Origin: Planctomycetales bacterium
GTDB lineage: Bacteria; Planctomycetota; Phycisphaerae; SM23-33
Assembly (NCBI GenBank): GCA_030612725.1
Contig: JAUWNJ010000001.1
Span: forward strand, 134,648 to 198,647
Direction of reading: 5' to 3'
DNA: 64,000 bases
Shown: positions 9,359 to 20,454 of the stretch, one piece after another
Position numbering within the stretch: the stretch's first letter is position 1
How the letters are laid out: each line of letters begins with the position of its first letter
Notes under the pieces: model-generated
Database searches by the model: none
What the model saw: only the letters and a program-made list of their open reading frames with translations
What the model was told of the DNA's origin: nothing
Translations under genes and position numbers: made by a program

Positions 9359-9750
9359 CCAGACCTTCGCACATCATGCGCCGTCGGCTAGTCCTGTCAG
9401 CCTGTCTTATCGTCTGGGCCGGCGCGCTTATCGCCACTCACCTTCCCGCCGACCGACTGCCGATGGCGGGCGTCTCCGATAAGTTGCTCCATGCCGCCGG
9501 TTACTTCGTCATTTCCGGTTTGTTCTGGTTGACGTTGCGGGTTCACGGAGTTGCAGCGGGCAAACGCATCGCCCTTGTCTTTTTCACAATGCTCGCCTAT
9601 GCCGCAATTGACGAGATAACCCAGCCACTGGTCGGAAGGGATAATTCCCTCGGAGATTGGTTTGCCGACGCAACGGGCATGATTATCGCGCTGATACTTC
9701 TGGAATTGCTGACATTGGCCAGATCATGGTCGCCGCGACGGAAGAAATAA
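9355..9750 (+). CDS. VanZ-like membrane protein
   Basis: Small polytopic protein with the HxxGY and DExxQ pattern of the VanZ family (LHAAGYFVISG...AAIDEITQ). It overlaps the parA-like stop (ATGA), suggesting translational coupling. Confidence 0.5.
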   Translation: MTRPSHIMRRRLVLSACLIVWAGALIATHLPADRLPMAGVSDKLLHAAGYFVISGLFWLTLRVHGVAAGKRIALVFFTMLAYAAIDEITQPLVGRDNSLGDWFADATGMIIALILLELLTLARSWSPRRKK

Positions 9751-9777
9751 CTCATAGGCTGGGACGGAGCCTACGGG

Positions 9778-11310
<1,533 letters not shown>

Positions 11311-11532
11311 TGGGTAATTAAGACTTTCATCGGCGTTTCAACGCCGCTTACCTTAATAGGCCGAAGCAACGCGCCCGTTCGCATAGCGAGCGTTGCACCC
11401 CGGCCGAGACCATACCCAATGTCGCGTGCAATGCAGCATGATACAAGTATTGTAAGAGATTCTCCCCGTTTTTCCAACGATATTCCGCGCCGAACTCAAA
11501 ACTTGCCGCTCGGACCTGACTTTTATTTGTGG

Positions 11533-12225
11533 TTATTTTTCCTGTGTAAGACGCTCGAAGCACTCTTGCGGCGAGGCCGACAGAATCTTCCGGGCTGCCT
11601 GTTTCTTAAGGGCCTCCAAAGCCTCGTCGCCGCAGGAGACGCCGCGATTCTTCATCGCGAAGAACTCTGACGGTATCAGGCCGGGTCGGAGACGAAACGT
11701 CAGCGTTTTACCCGTCGAGATCCGCCTGGCCTTGAAGGTGAAACTCTTCAAAGACATTCCCTTGGCCTTCTTTTTGGGCTTGGCGAGTTTTCTTCCGGTG
11801 TAAAATTTCATCACATCCCAAACTCCCCGCATGGCTCCGGCCACCGACAGTTCAAAATCCGCATCGGATGGGGTTTCATCGGGAAAGAGCGCGCCGGCTG
11901 TATATCGTATCGCCTGGTAGCCCGCGGCGATACCGACGCAAAGCCCGTCGTCGTGATCATCTTCCGGTTCGGCTTTGGATGATTTTTTCGGCGTTGCGGA
12001 TGTTACCGTTCCGGCGTGATCTTCGTGGGCGTGATGGTAGTCCATTGCCTGGGCGAAGGTGATGGTTTCGACTTTCCCGCCGGAGCGGCGAACGCGCAGC
12101 GGCTCGGTCTTCGCGCTTATTTTCTGAACGTCGGAAGGGTTGGTGCATCCGGGTTGGGTCAAAGCCCATCCGGTCAGGATCAGGGCGGCGACTACTGTCA
12201 ATATCGTTGGTTTTACCTTGTGCAT
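11533..12225 (-). CDS. Lipoprotein with a His-rich segment and a possible FmdE-like fold
   Basis: Lipobox QPGCT; HHAHEDHAG; GLCVGIAAGYQAIRY resembles the FmdE/FwdE core weakly; C-terminal CGDEA...PQEC. Start taken at MHKVK. Confidence 0.4.
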   Translation of the reverse strand: MHKVKPTILTVVAALILTGWALTQPGCTNPSDVQKISAKTEPLRVRRSGGKVETITFAQAMDYHHAHEDHAGTVTSATPKKSSKAEPEDDHDDGLCVGIAAGYQAIRYTAGALFPDETPSDADFELSVAGAMRGVWDVMKFYTGRKLAKPKKKAKGMSLKSFTFKARRISTGKTLTFRLRPGLIPSEFFAMKNRGVSCGDEALEALKKQAARKILSASPQECFERLTQEK

Positions 12226-12263
12226 TTCGTTCTCCAATTAAACAGGTAGTGTCAAGAGCATAT

Positions 12264-12983
12264 TCAGGGTTTTTTCGCGCTCCAGAAGGGTTTGTCCCTG
12301 TTCCAGAAGCCCATGGGGACATTTTCTTTCGCGGATGCTGTAACGTGCGAGTCCAGAAAGACGATATTGAGTTTGTCCCGATGGCGGTAATCGAGATTTT
12401 CTGCGACGCAGGCGTGATAAAGAACGACTCCCGGACCCAGGGACGTACCCCAGCAGTCCGCCAGGGCGAGAACCTCCGAAGGACTCTCAAATTCCGGCAT
12501 CCTGCGATATTCCGTGTGGTCCGGCCTGCCCCCCAGTCCCCAAGTCCCGTTCATGCCGTAACTGAGAGCGTAGTCGCGCGACACGCTTGGCTCGCCCTGC
12601 CGCGGTCGGGTTCTCATTAGCTTTGACTTATCGTGACTGGGACACATAATCGCCGATGCCTTCTCCGGCAGGCCGATCAGATGCCCTTGGTCATCATACG
12701 ACAGTGAGACGCCGACATATTGCAGTAAGCCTTCGTTCATGAACCAGTGTTGCCGACTGACAGGCTCGCGATTCGGCGGTTCTGCCGAGGGTAGCCAATC
12801 GTCGTTTTCGCCGGCATAGAGATTCGTCGCCAGGCCCAGGTTCCGCAAAGTCGTACTGCACACGACCTGCCGTGCCGCCTCCTTGGCCATTCCAAGTGAA
12901 GGCAGCATGATACTCACCAGCAGCGCGATAATCGCCACCACGACGAGTAATTCGACTAACGTAAATCCCTTTTGCTGAAACAT
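12264..12983 (-). CDS. Prepilin-type N-terminal cleavage/methylation protein with a DUF1559 (H-X9-DG) domain
   Basis: MFQQKGFTLVELLVVVAIIALL is a class III signal. The C-terminal HRDKLNIVFLDSHV is the H-X9-DG motif typical of Planctomycetes. Confidence 0.8.
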   Translation of the reverse strand: MFQQKGFTLVELLVVVAIIALLVSIMLPSLGMAKEAARQVVCSTTLRNLGLATNLYAGENDDWLPSAEPPNREPVSRQHWFMNEGLLQYVGVSLSYDDQGHLIGLPEKASAIMCPSHDKSKLMRTRPRQGEPSVSRDYALSYGMNGTWGLGGRPDHTEYRRMPEFESPSEVLALADCWGTSLGPGVVLYHACVAENLDYRHRDKLNIVFLDSHVTASAKENVPMGFWNRDKPFWSAKKP

Positions 12984-13097
12984 TGATTTATTTCCGTTTT
13001 CAGAATGGGTGGCACAATCCCCAAGAGATTATGCCACCCGCTTTCTAAAGCCGGCAGATGAGCGGCGCGAATCTGCCGGAAACGATTTCAAGCCGTC

Positions 13098-13772
13098 TTA
13101 CTTTCCGGCACTTTCGCGTTGCTCAAGCGACGATCTTCGGGTGCGGCGACGCAGGAGCACCCCCCAGCTCCCGCATGCCAGTAATAGCATCGTTGCCGGT
13201 TCCGGAACGCTTCCAACGGCGTCGATGAACCTGCCGCTTTGGGGGCCGGCAACTTCCCTGATGACCTTTACGTAATGAACGTCATCCACCAACCCATTGA
13301 AGTCGAATTCAAGGTTGTCAAAATAACCCGCCATTCCGGCACCGATTGTGCCGATTTGGACGTAGTTGGCTTCCGCGTTATCGGGACTGGCCCAGACCGA
13401 TGAGACGCCGTTTGGCCCGCCGCAGGTAACGATCAGAAGATCGTCGCCGGTAACGTCTTTGAGTGCCGCGTCGAAGTGAACGGTAAAGGATGCGTCACCG
13501 AAAGACCTCCAACCGGCGACTGAATCCTGATCATCGCTCGCGTCCCAGGCGTAACCGTTCCCGTTCTGATCGCCATCCGGCGCGCCGGTCAACCACCAGG
13601 TCGTGGACGCCGTCATCAGTTCCGGCGACGCGAGGAAACCGTAGTTCTGAACGTCTCCCGTCCAGGCGGTAACATCGTCCGCCCAGTACCGACCGTCTTC
13701 CCATGCCGCGGAGGCCGAACCGGCCAACCCGACAACAAACAATGCTGCAATTGCAATTTTTCTGTGTTTCAT
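13098..13772 (-). CDS. PEP-CTERM sorting-domain protein
   Basis: Signal peptide MKHRKIAIAALFVVGLAGSASA; C-terminal VPEPATMLLLACGSWGVLLRRRTRR. Confidence 0.7.
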   Translation of the reverse strand: MKHRKIAIAALFVVGLAGSASAAWEDGRYWADDVTAWTGDVQNYGFLASPELMTASTTWWLTGAPDGDQNGNGYAWDASDDQDSVAGWRSFGDASFTVHFDAALKDVTGDDLLIVTCGGPNGVSSVWASPDNAEANYVQIGTIGAGMAGYFDNLEFDFNGLVDDVHYVKVIREVAGPQSGRFIDAVGSVPEPATMLLLACGSWGVLLRRRTRRSSLEQRESAGK

Positions 13773-13932
13773 GGTTTTTTCCTTTTCCTTTAAAACAAAA
13801 GCCCAAAATGGTTGTTGGGTGGGTCGGCCTTCGGGCTTACCTGCCTTGTCTTCAAGTACGTTCCATCAAAACCCTCTCTTTCACATTTTTGCTCACCTCC
13901 TTTTTCTCGTTTTAGTTCCTGTATCATGCAAA

Positions 13933-13972
13933 AAGGGAGCAGTCAGACGCATGGCGTCTTGAATGCTCCCTT
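13933..13972 (-). terminator. Nested hairpin followed by a T-run on the minus strand; candidate intrinsic terminator for the feo operon
   Basis: AAGGGAGCA-gtc-AGACGC-atg-GCGTCT-tgaa-TGCTCCCTT. The minus-strand transcript continues with UUUUUGCAUG. Confidence 0.35.
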
Positions 13973-14357
13973 GCTGGCTTGTTGCTGCTGGCTGGGTTGC
14001 GTTATTTCGTCAAAATCAACTTGTCGTTCCGCGTAATCCTCAAGCGGTACAACTCCTGACCATGACGTATTGTTATCTCCTGGCCGTGAGTGAAAAGGTT
14101 CTGCGAATCAATGACGGGCGCCGCCTCAACAGACTTTACCAAGCCGATAGCCGATGGGCTTACCGCTTCGCAAAATCGCTGCGAATCACACGAACCACTC
14201 TCTGAAACGTCTTTGTCCACAATAATCCCAATGAAAAACCACACTGAAAGTTTTATCTATCTAACATTGTATATAAACATAAACTTTCGTCAAGCAAAAA
14301 ATGGAGTTTTTTGGCGGAAATTTTGCGGGCAATTCTAACTTGTTCTATATCAGAGTG

Positions 14358-14513
14358 TTATGCTACATTTGTTTTATTTGAATTGCAGGAATTTCTCATT
14401 GGGCAGTGTCCGCAGGGGCCTTTTGCCTTGTCGGTGAGGCTCCGATAGAGCGACCATGCCGCACCGGCAAGGGCTACGAAAACAACAACGCCCACTATCA
14501 CGTATTCCCACAT
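14358..14513 (-). CDS. FeoB-associated Cys-rich small membrane protein (51 aa), absent from the ORF track
   Basis: MWEYVIVGVVVFVALAGAAWSLYRSLTDKAKGPCGHCPMRNSCNSNKTNVA: a TM helix, then YRSL, then a CGHC...C tail. It starts 13 nt after the feoB stop. Confidence 0.55.
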   Translation of the reverse strand: MWEYVIVGVVVFVALAGAAWSLYRSLTDKAKGPCGHCPMRNSCNSNKTNVA

Positions 14514-14525
14514 GTCCGATTTCCC

Positions 14526-16706
14526 TTATACCAGTCGTGAGCCGACTTGATAGACGATTGTCGTCAGCACCCACGCAAGTACGGTGAGGTAGGTTACCTG
14601 GAGCATCGCCCATTGCCACCCGGCTTCGCGCACCGTTACCGCCAAGGTTACCATGCAGGGCATGCTTATCAGGCAAAACAACATGATGCAGAATCCTATC
14701 AGCGGCGTGTATTTCGCAGCGAGTTTTTCGCGGAGATCCACGGATTCTTCGTCAACGTCGTCGCCGACCGAATAGAGCACGCCCATCTGTCCGACGAAGA
14801 CCTCTTTGGCGGCGAATGCCGCAATAGCGGCGGTGGAAATTTTCCAGTCGAATCCGCAGGGCTTGAACACCGGCGCGATGGTTTTCCCTGCCCGACCTAT
14901 GGCGGAGTGTTCAAGTTCGGCTTCACGCTCGGCGGCGTCGATCTTGGTGATCCGGTCGGAAATCTGTGTGGCGTCGGCCTGTTGTTCGGCCTGAACGACG
15001 GTGCGTTGTTGCTCAAAGACAGCCCGTTTTTCGTCGCCCAGTTTAGGCCAATACGCCAGCGCCCAGAGAACCACGACGATAGCAAGGATGATCGTTCCGG
15101 CCTTTTTTATGTAAAGCCAGGTCCGCTCCCACATATGTATCGCCAGTCCTTTGATTGTCGGCATGCGGTAGGGGGGTAGTTCCATAACGAACGGTGTGGC
15201 TTCACCTTTGAGGAGAGTTCCCCGGAAAATCTTCGCACAGATAATCGCCAATGCGATGCCTATCATGTAGATAAGAAACAACCATAGCGCGTGATTGGTT
15301 ACCGGGAAGATTCCAAAGAGCCACAAGACAATGTTTATAGGGAAGAACGCACCGAGTATAAGGACGTATATCGGCAAGCGCGCCCCGCAACTCATGAGGG
15401 GCAGCACGAGTATGGTGGTCAGGCGGTCGCGGCGGGTCTCCAGCGTCCGGGTGGCCATAATGGCCGGTACGGTGCACCCGAAACCTATCAGCATTGGGAT
15501 GAAACTCTTTCCGTGCAGTCCTATCTTGTGCATCAGGCGGTCGATAACGAAGGCGGCGCGGGCCATATAGCCGGAGTCTTCCAGGAACGCAATCGCCAGG
15601 AACAGCAGCATTATCAACGGCGTGAAGACCAGCACGGCTCCGACACCTTCGATAATCCCATCGACCAGCAGGCTCCGCAGTACGCTGTCAGCGCCCGATT
15701 CGCCCCAGAGTCCGCTGACGGCTCCGGCGAGGTCGCCTTTCCATCCGTCAAAGGCATCGACCACCGGATTACCCACCGAGAAGGTCAGTTGAAAGACCAG
15801 ATACATCAGGATCGCGAATATCGGCAGACCGAGGTAGCGGTTGGTCATTACCGCGTCGATTCTGTCGGAGTGCTCGTGGCGTCTCTCGACGGATTGCGTA
15901 ACGGCCTCGGTGCATGCGCCGGAAATGAACCCATATCGCCGGTCAGCGAATATAATCTCGGCAACGTCGCCGCAGATGCTCTCGATGTGCTTTCGGATTC
16001 GCTCGGCTTCGAGCGTCAGTTCTTCTATGTGTTCCGGGCACACCTGTCCGAGGCGTTTAATCGTTTCGTCGTCGTTTTCCAGTAGTTTTATGGCAAACCA
16101 TCGCGAGCGCTGCTTGCTGCACTTTTGTTCGACCAGTTCGGTCAGTTGCAGGATGTGCGGTTCGACTTCTCTGCCGTAATTGGGATATCGCTGCTCGGAT
16201 GTGGTTTTTCCGACCGATGCCAGGGCGGCATCGAGCAGTTCGGAGATTCCTTTGCCCTTATGCCCGACCGTGTTGACTATCGGAACGCCCAGCAGTTCGG
16301 AGAGTTTTTCCTCGTCGATGTTATATCCCCTGCTGGCGGCTACGTCCGACATGTTGAACGCCAGCACCAGCGGTACGCCCAGTTCCATCAGCTGCGTTGC
16401 CAGGTACAGGTTTCGTTCGAGGTTGGACGAATCCACGATATCGACGACCACGTCGGGCTTTTCGTCCAGAAGGAAATTGCGGGTAACGACCTCTTCGATG
16501 CTGTAGGCCGTCAGGCTGTAGGTTCCGGGCAGATCGACCACATCCAGACGGACGTCGCCGTGGGTGGCCGAGCCCGTCTTCTTTTCGACTGTTACTCCGG
16601 GATAGTTTCCCACGTGCTGGCGTGCGCCGGTAATGGCGTTGAAGACCGTTGTTTTACCGGAGTTGGGATTACCTGCCAGTGCAATCGTAAGATGCTTGTC
16701 TTTCAT
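14526..16706 (-). CDS. feoB: Ferrous iron transporter B
   Basis: N-terminal G-protein domain GNPNSGKTTVFN and DLPGTYS, followed by a polytopic membrane domain with Gate motifs. Confidence 0.9.
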   Translation of the reverse strand: MKDKHLTIALAGNPNSGKTTVFNAITGARQHVGNYPGVTVEKKTGSATHGDVRLDVVDLPGTYSLTAYSIEEVVTRNFLLDEKPDVVVDIVDSSNLERNLYLATQLMELGVPLVLAFNMSDVAASRGYNIDEEKLSELLGVPIVNTVGHKGKGISELLDAALASVGKTTSEQRYPNYGREVEPHILQLTELVEQKCSKQRSRWFAIKLLENDDETIKRLGQVCPEHIEELTLEAERIRKHIESICGDVAEIIFADRRYGFISGACTEAVTQSVERRHEHSDRIDAVMTNRYLGLPIFAILMYLVFQLTFSVGNPVVDAFDGWKGDLAGAVSGLWGESGADSVLRSLLVDGIIEGVGAVLVFTPLIMLLFLAIAFLEDSGYMARAAFVIDRLMHKIGLHGKSFIPMLIGFGCTVPAIMATRTLETRRDRLTTILVLPLMSCGARLPIYVLILGAFFPINIVLWLFGIFPVTNHALWLFLIYMIGIALAIICAKIFRGTLLKGEATPFVMELPPYRMPTIKGLAIHMWERTWLYIKKAGTIILAIVVVLWALAYWPKLGDEKRAVFEQQRTVVQAEQQADATQISDRITKIDAAEREAELEHSAIGRAGKTIAPVFKPCGFDWKISTAAIAAFAAKEVFVGQMGVLYSVGDDVDEESVDLREKLAAKYTPLIGFCIMLFCLISMPCMVTLAVTVREAGWQWAMLQVTYLTVLAWVLTTIVYQVGSRLV

Positions 16707-16744
16707 GGGTTATGTCCTGATAATAGTAGCCGGTAGTCAGTAGT

Positions 16745-16908
16745 AAAATCCGAATGTCGAATATCGAAATGCGAAACAATATCGAATCACCGAAATACGA
16801 ATTTTCAAAACGCCGTCCGGAAACTCCTGCCGTTATTGTTTTGAACATTTGAATTTTGTATTTCGAATTTGTTTCGGATTTCGTGCTTTGGATTTCGGAT
16901 TTTTTCAC
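16745..16908. repeat. AT-rich imperfect palindromic element of about 165 bp between feoA and feoB (copy 1)
   Basis: Arms built from AAATCCGAA/TTCGGATTT, CGAAACAA/TTGTTTCG and TTCAAAAC/GTTTTGAA. Homologous to 19250-19418 at roughly 75% identity. Confidence 0.6.
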
Positions 16909-16914
16909 CGGCGT

Positions 16915-17169
16915 CTATTCCGGCCTGACGAGTATTCGATGTACCATTCCTCTTCCCAGGACGAATTTGCTTCCTTTTACCGATACGATGAACGGTCCGG
17001 GTCCGCGATTGATAATTTCCAGGTTCTCTCCCGGCGCCAGACCCATCTCGGCCAGGCGGTGCGTCAGTCCTCTTCCGGCGTTTCGCACTCCGGCGAATGT
17101 AACGGTTTGTCCTACCAGCGTCATTGCCAGCGGCATTGTCGGAAGCGAATTATTGTTTCGGTCGTTCAT
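16915..17169 (-). CDS. feoA: FeoA
   Basis: SH3-like FeoA domain (LAMTLVGQTVTFAGVRNAGRGLTHRLAEMGLAPGENLEII). Confidence 0.75.
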   Translation of the reverse strand: MNDRNNNSLPTMPLAMTLVGQTVTFAGVRNAGRGLTHRLAEMGLAPGENLEIINRGPGPFIVSVKGSKFVLGRGMVHRILVRPE

Positions 17170-17876
17170 TCTTCGTCGGGTTCCACGGTAATGCCGGAGG
17201 CTTCGGTTTTCCTGAGTGTCAGGTGATATTTGCGGATGCGGATTTCGATCGGGTCGCCCAGCGGCGCGACTCGCTCGACCTTGAACGGCGTACCGGGAGT
17301 AACGCCCATGTCCATAAGCCTCCGACGTGCCGGACCGACCCCGCCGCTGATTTTCACGATTTTACCACCTCGCCCCGGTTTCATTTGATCCATTGTCGTT
17401 GTCAAGGTTGATTGCTCCGATGTTCCAGGCTGGTTTTGCCGGCAATAGTCCGAAAACTTTTTCGCCCATTCCGATCCGCCCTGCGGGCACTGTTGGGTGA
17501 ACGCCGCCAACAGGCTCAGCCGCTCCATTACGACATCATCCACCACGTGTTCCATCCGGCAGGCGTTTTCTTCAGCAACGGTAGGGGCGATGTTCAATAC
17601 GTCTATCAGGAAGGACATCAGTAACTCGTGCTTATCGAGGACCTTCTGGGCAAGTTCCGTTCCGCGAGGCGTAAGAGTTACAAACTGGTACGGGTCGTGG
17701 TTGACCAACCCGTCATCGGCAAGATGCTTCAGTGCCGCCGTTACCGACGATTTACTCACGTTGGTTGCTACGGCAATGTCGCGCACACGTGCCACACCGT
17801 CCTGACGCACAAGAACGAGCACGGCTTCGAGGTAATCCTCAAGACGACGAGTAAGTTTCAGACTCTTTTTCGCCAT
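17166..17876 (-). CDS. DtxR/MntR-family metal-dependent repressor with a C-terminal FeoA/SH3-like domain
   Basis: HTH region TRRLEDYLEAVLVLVRQDGVARVRDIAVATNVSKSSVTAALKHLADDGLV, a metal-binding/dimerisation domain, and a C-terminal FeoA-like domain. Start taken at MAKKS (17876). Confidence 0.7.
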   Translation of the reverse strand: MAKKSLKLTRRLEDYLEAVLVLVRQDGVARVRDIAVATNVSKSSVTAALKHLADDGLVNHDPYQFVTLTPRGTELAQKVLDKHELLMSFLIDVLNIAPTVAEENACRMEHVVDDVVMERLSLLAAFTQQCPQGGSEWAKKFSDYCRQNQPGTSEQSTLTTTMDQMKPGRGGKIVKISGGVGPARRRLMDMGVTPGTPFKVERVAPLGDPIEIRIRKYHLTLRKTEASGITVEPDEE

Positions 17877-17960
17877 TGACTGTTGCACTCGAGACATAAA
17901 CAGGAAAGTTTGCCTCCTAAAACAGTGTACGCCCCGTGCAACACGAGTCAAGAAGAAAAT

Positions 17961-19232
17961 TCAACTTGAGGGTTGGTGGGATTTATTCTTCGATGCCCGA
18001 CCTTCTGATTCTGTCAACGCCAGTCGCAGGTGGTTTATTGTCGTCAGTGCGGCGCGTCGGCGGATGATGTCGCGGGCGCCGCTGAAAATATGGCGATGAA
18101 CCTTTGACGAGGATGGCCCGGAAAGAGCGATATATACCAGTCCGACGGGCTTGTCGTCCGATCCGCCGTCCGGGCCGGCGATTCCGGTAACTGACAGGGC
18201 GAAATCCGCCCCGAATTTCTCTCTCACGCCGCGGGCCATTGTATCGGCCACCTGTTCGCTGACAGCACCGTGGGATTCGATTACTTCGGCAGGGACGTTC
18301 AGCGTCGCCGTCTTGGCGGAATTTGCGTATGCGACGATGCCGCCGAGGAAATATTCGCTGGCTCCGGGCGTCTCGGTCATCATCTGGCCTATCATTCCGC
18401 CGGTGCATGATTCCGCCGTTGCCAGCGTCATCCCGCAGTCCTTCAGGGCGTCGCCGACAACAGACGCAAGTGTCTGCTCGTCTTGCCCGAAGATGAGTTC
18501 GCCAAGTCGGTGGCGGATTTCATTGGCTGTGTTTTCGGCGGCAGCGTCGGTGTCGGCGGGCGTTTGTCCTGTGGCGACGATTCGTATAGAGATGATTCCG
18601 CCCTTGGCGGTCGTGCCGACCTTCGGATTGGCGTCGCGGGCCATCAGGTCGGCGATTCGCTCGCCGATGTCGGATTCGCCGGTACCGAATGCGTGGAGAA
18701 CCCTGCGTGCCAAAGCCCCAGCCACGCCCAGTCGAGGCGCGACTTGCCGCTCGAACATCTCGGTCATTTCATTCGGAGGACCCGGAAGGGCGAAAACATC
18801 AACCCGACCCAGACGTGCGGCGATACCCGGGGCTGTTCCACAATCGTTGTCCATCGCTTCTGCTCCGGCGGGAATCATTGCCTGGGTAAGATTGGAAGGT
18901 TTCATCGTCCGGCCGATCCGGTCGAAAAACGCCTTGATACGTTTGGCTGAATGTGCGTCTTCGATAAGTTCGACGCCCATGGCGTCGGCAAGTGCCCGGC
19001 GGGTCAGGTCGTCGAGTGTCGGGCCTAGTCCGCCTGTGATAATGACCAGTTCAGCCTCGGCGGCGGCGCCGATAATGGCTTGAGTAATCCGATTCGCGTC
19101 GTCGCCGACGGTAACGTGACGGACAGCGACGATCCCGCGTTCAGCCAGGCGGGCAGAAAGATAGGCGCTGTTGGTATCGACGCTCGCCCCGCCGATAAGT
19201 TCATCTCCGATTGATATAATGATTGTCTGCAT
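17961..19232 (-). CDS. cinA: CinA-family protein (competence/damage-inducible; NMN deamidase)
   Basis: N-terminal MoCF-binding-like domain (IIISIGDELIGG...VIITGGLGPT) plus C-terminal CinA domain (LATAESCTGGMIG). Confidence 0.85.
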   Translation of the reverse strand: MQTIIISIGDELIGGASVDTNSAYLSARLAERGIVAVRHVTVGDDANRITQAIIGAAAEAELVIITGGLGPTLDDLTRRALADAMGVELIEDAHSAKRIKAFFDRIGRTMKPSNLTQAMIPAGAEAMDNDCGTAPGIAARLGRVDVFALPGPPNEMTEMFERQVAPRLGVAGALARRVLHAFGTGESDIGERIADLMARDANPKVGTTAKGGIISIRIVATGQTPADTDAAAENTANEIRHRLGELIFGQDEQTLASVVGDALKDCGMTLATAESCTGGMIGQMMTETPGASEYFLGGIVAYANSAKTATLNVPAEVIESHGAVSEQVADTMARGVREKFGADFALSVTGIAGPDGGSDDKPVGLVYIALSGPSSSKVHRHIFSGARDIIRRRAALTTINHLRLALTESEGRASKNKSHQPSS

Positions 19233-19249
19233 AGTACGTCTATATTAGA

Positions 19250-19418
19250 AGCAAAACCGAAATCCGAAGCACGAAATCCGAAACAATATTGAATGACCAA
19301 AATCCAAATTCTCAAAACTCCTCCTCTAACAGGTTTCGACGAGATTGTTTTGAAAATTCGAATTTCGGATTTAGAATTTGTTTCGGATTTCGATATTCGG
19401 ATTTCGGATTTGGGCGCA
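19250..19418. repeat. AT-rich imperfect palindromic element (copy 2) upstream of cinA
   Basis: AAAACCGAAATCCGAAGCACGAAATCCGAAACAATATTGAATGACC ... GTTTTGAAAATTCGAATTTCGGATTTAGAATTTGTTTCGGATTTCG. Confidence 0.6.
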
Positions 19419-19423
19419 GCCGG

Positions 19424-19762
19424 TTATTTCATGTGTTCCGGTACGAGCGGTTCTGCCAGGGCGAATCGGTCCCAACTCATACCTCCGCATTTCGGGCACA
19501 GGCCGCTTTTCGGTATCACCCCGTGCGCCGGGGCGTATCCACAGTAATGGCAGTTGATAAACATCCGCTTGGGTCTGGCGGCAGAGGGCGGAACGCGAAA
19601 ATAGTCACTGCAGGCGGCATCGGTCAAACGGGCGTAATGCGGGCGACCCGGTCGCCTTTTACGGTCAGCCAACCTGCTCCGAGTTTTAATGTTGCCGGCG
19701 CTCATACGTTTCAATTCCCGCTGTCTGTCGGGTCGGTGGTGCACTGCGAACAGACACACCAA
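19424..19762 (-). CDS. Small basic zinc-ribbon protein (hypothetical)
   Basis: CHYCGY...CPKCGG four-Cys ribbon; N-terminal Arg-rich region. Start uncertain. Confidence 0.3.
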   Translation of the reverse strand: MVCLFAVHHRPDRQRELKRMSAGNIKTRSRLADRKRRPGRPHYARLTDAACSDYFRVPPSAARPKRMFINCHYCGYAPAHGVIPKSGLCPKCGGMSWDRFALAEPLVPEHMK

Positions 19763-19946
19763 CCTGCTATTATTTTAGACGTTTCCGGCGGCAAATAGTT
19801 TCGGATAATTTGGGGATTTTGGCAGTTTCGTCCTTACTCTATGTTTGGCAAGGTGTTATGGCCACCGTTGACTCAATAAAACTATTCCCCCTCTTGCTTA
19901 CCGAGGGGTTTCACGCCCGCAAACTTACGCGTATAATGTCTCCGAC

Positions 19947-20435
19947 ATGAATTACCTGAAAAAATGTCTCTGCCTGGTGTTTCTGACCGGCGTAATGGGC
20001 GGGTGTGAAGTTGTCTCGCCTGTTTACAGGCAGAGTACTGGTGGTTATCTCGGTGCGGACATTACGCCCAAGAACACCTGGAGCGTTCGAGGCGATCTTG
20101 CCAATCCCGCTGCCGCTGCCGATGAGGATATTTCCACTGCCGCTCGCAGCAACTACGGTTATACAGGGGCAGAATTGATAATCGACCTGAAGAAGGTCTG
20201 CCTCTTTCAGACCGTTATCCTCGAGCACGGAACCGCCAAAAGCGGGCACTGCCGGGAGGTCGATATATCCACTGGTGTGGACGGTAAAAATTTCAGCAAA
20301 AAACACGTCGCACCCGGAACACGTCGCTTTACGATCATTTCGCTACCGGCTCCGACGCTCGCGAGATACGTTCGCATCAAGGCCGTCAGTCCCGGAAGAG
20401 GCCGATGGTACATCGCGGAGGTTTATATACAGTAG
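19947..20435 (+). CDS. Lipoprotein with an F5/8 type C (discoidin)-like domain
   Basis: Lipobox LTGVMGGC. The C-terminal ARYVRIKAVSPGRGRWYIAEVYI is typical of discoidin/carbohydrate-binding domains. Confidence 0.5.
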   Translation: MNYLKKCLCLVFLTGVMGGCEVVSPVYRQSTGGYLGADITPKNTWSVRGDLANPAAAADEDISTAARSNYGYTGAELIIDLKKVCLFQTVILEHGTAKSGHCREVDISTGVDGKNFSKKHVAPGTRRFTIISLPAPTLARYVRIKAVSPGRGRWYIAEVYIQ

Positions 20436-20454
20436 GGACTTGGGACTAGGGACC
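20435..20454. repeat. GGGACTTGGGACTAGGG motif, also found at 45138-45168
   Basis: It overlaps the stop of the preceding gene. A single CAATCCG-like unit (AAATCCGCAATCACC) follows. Confidence 0.5.
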
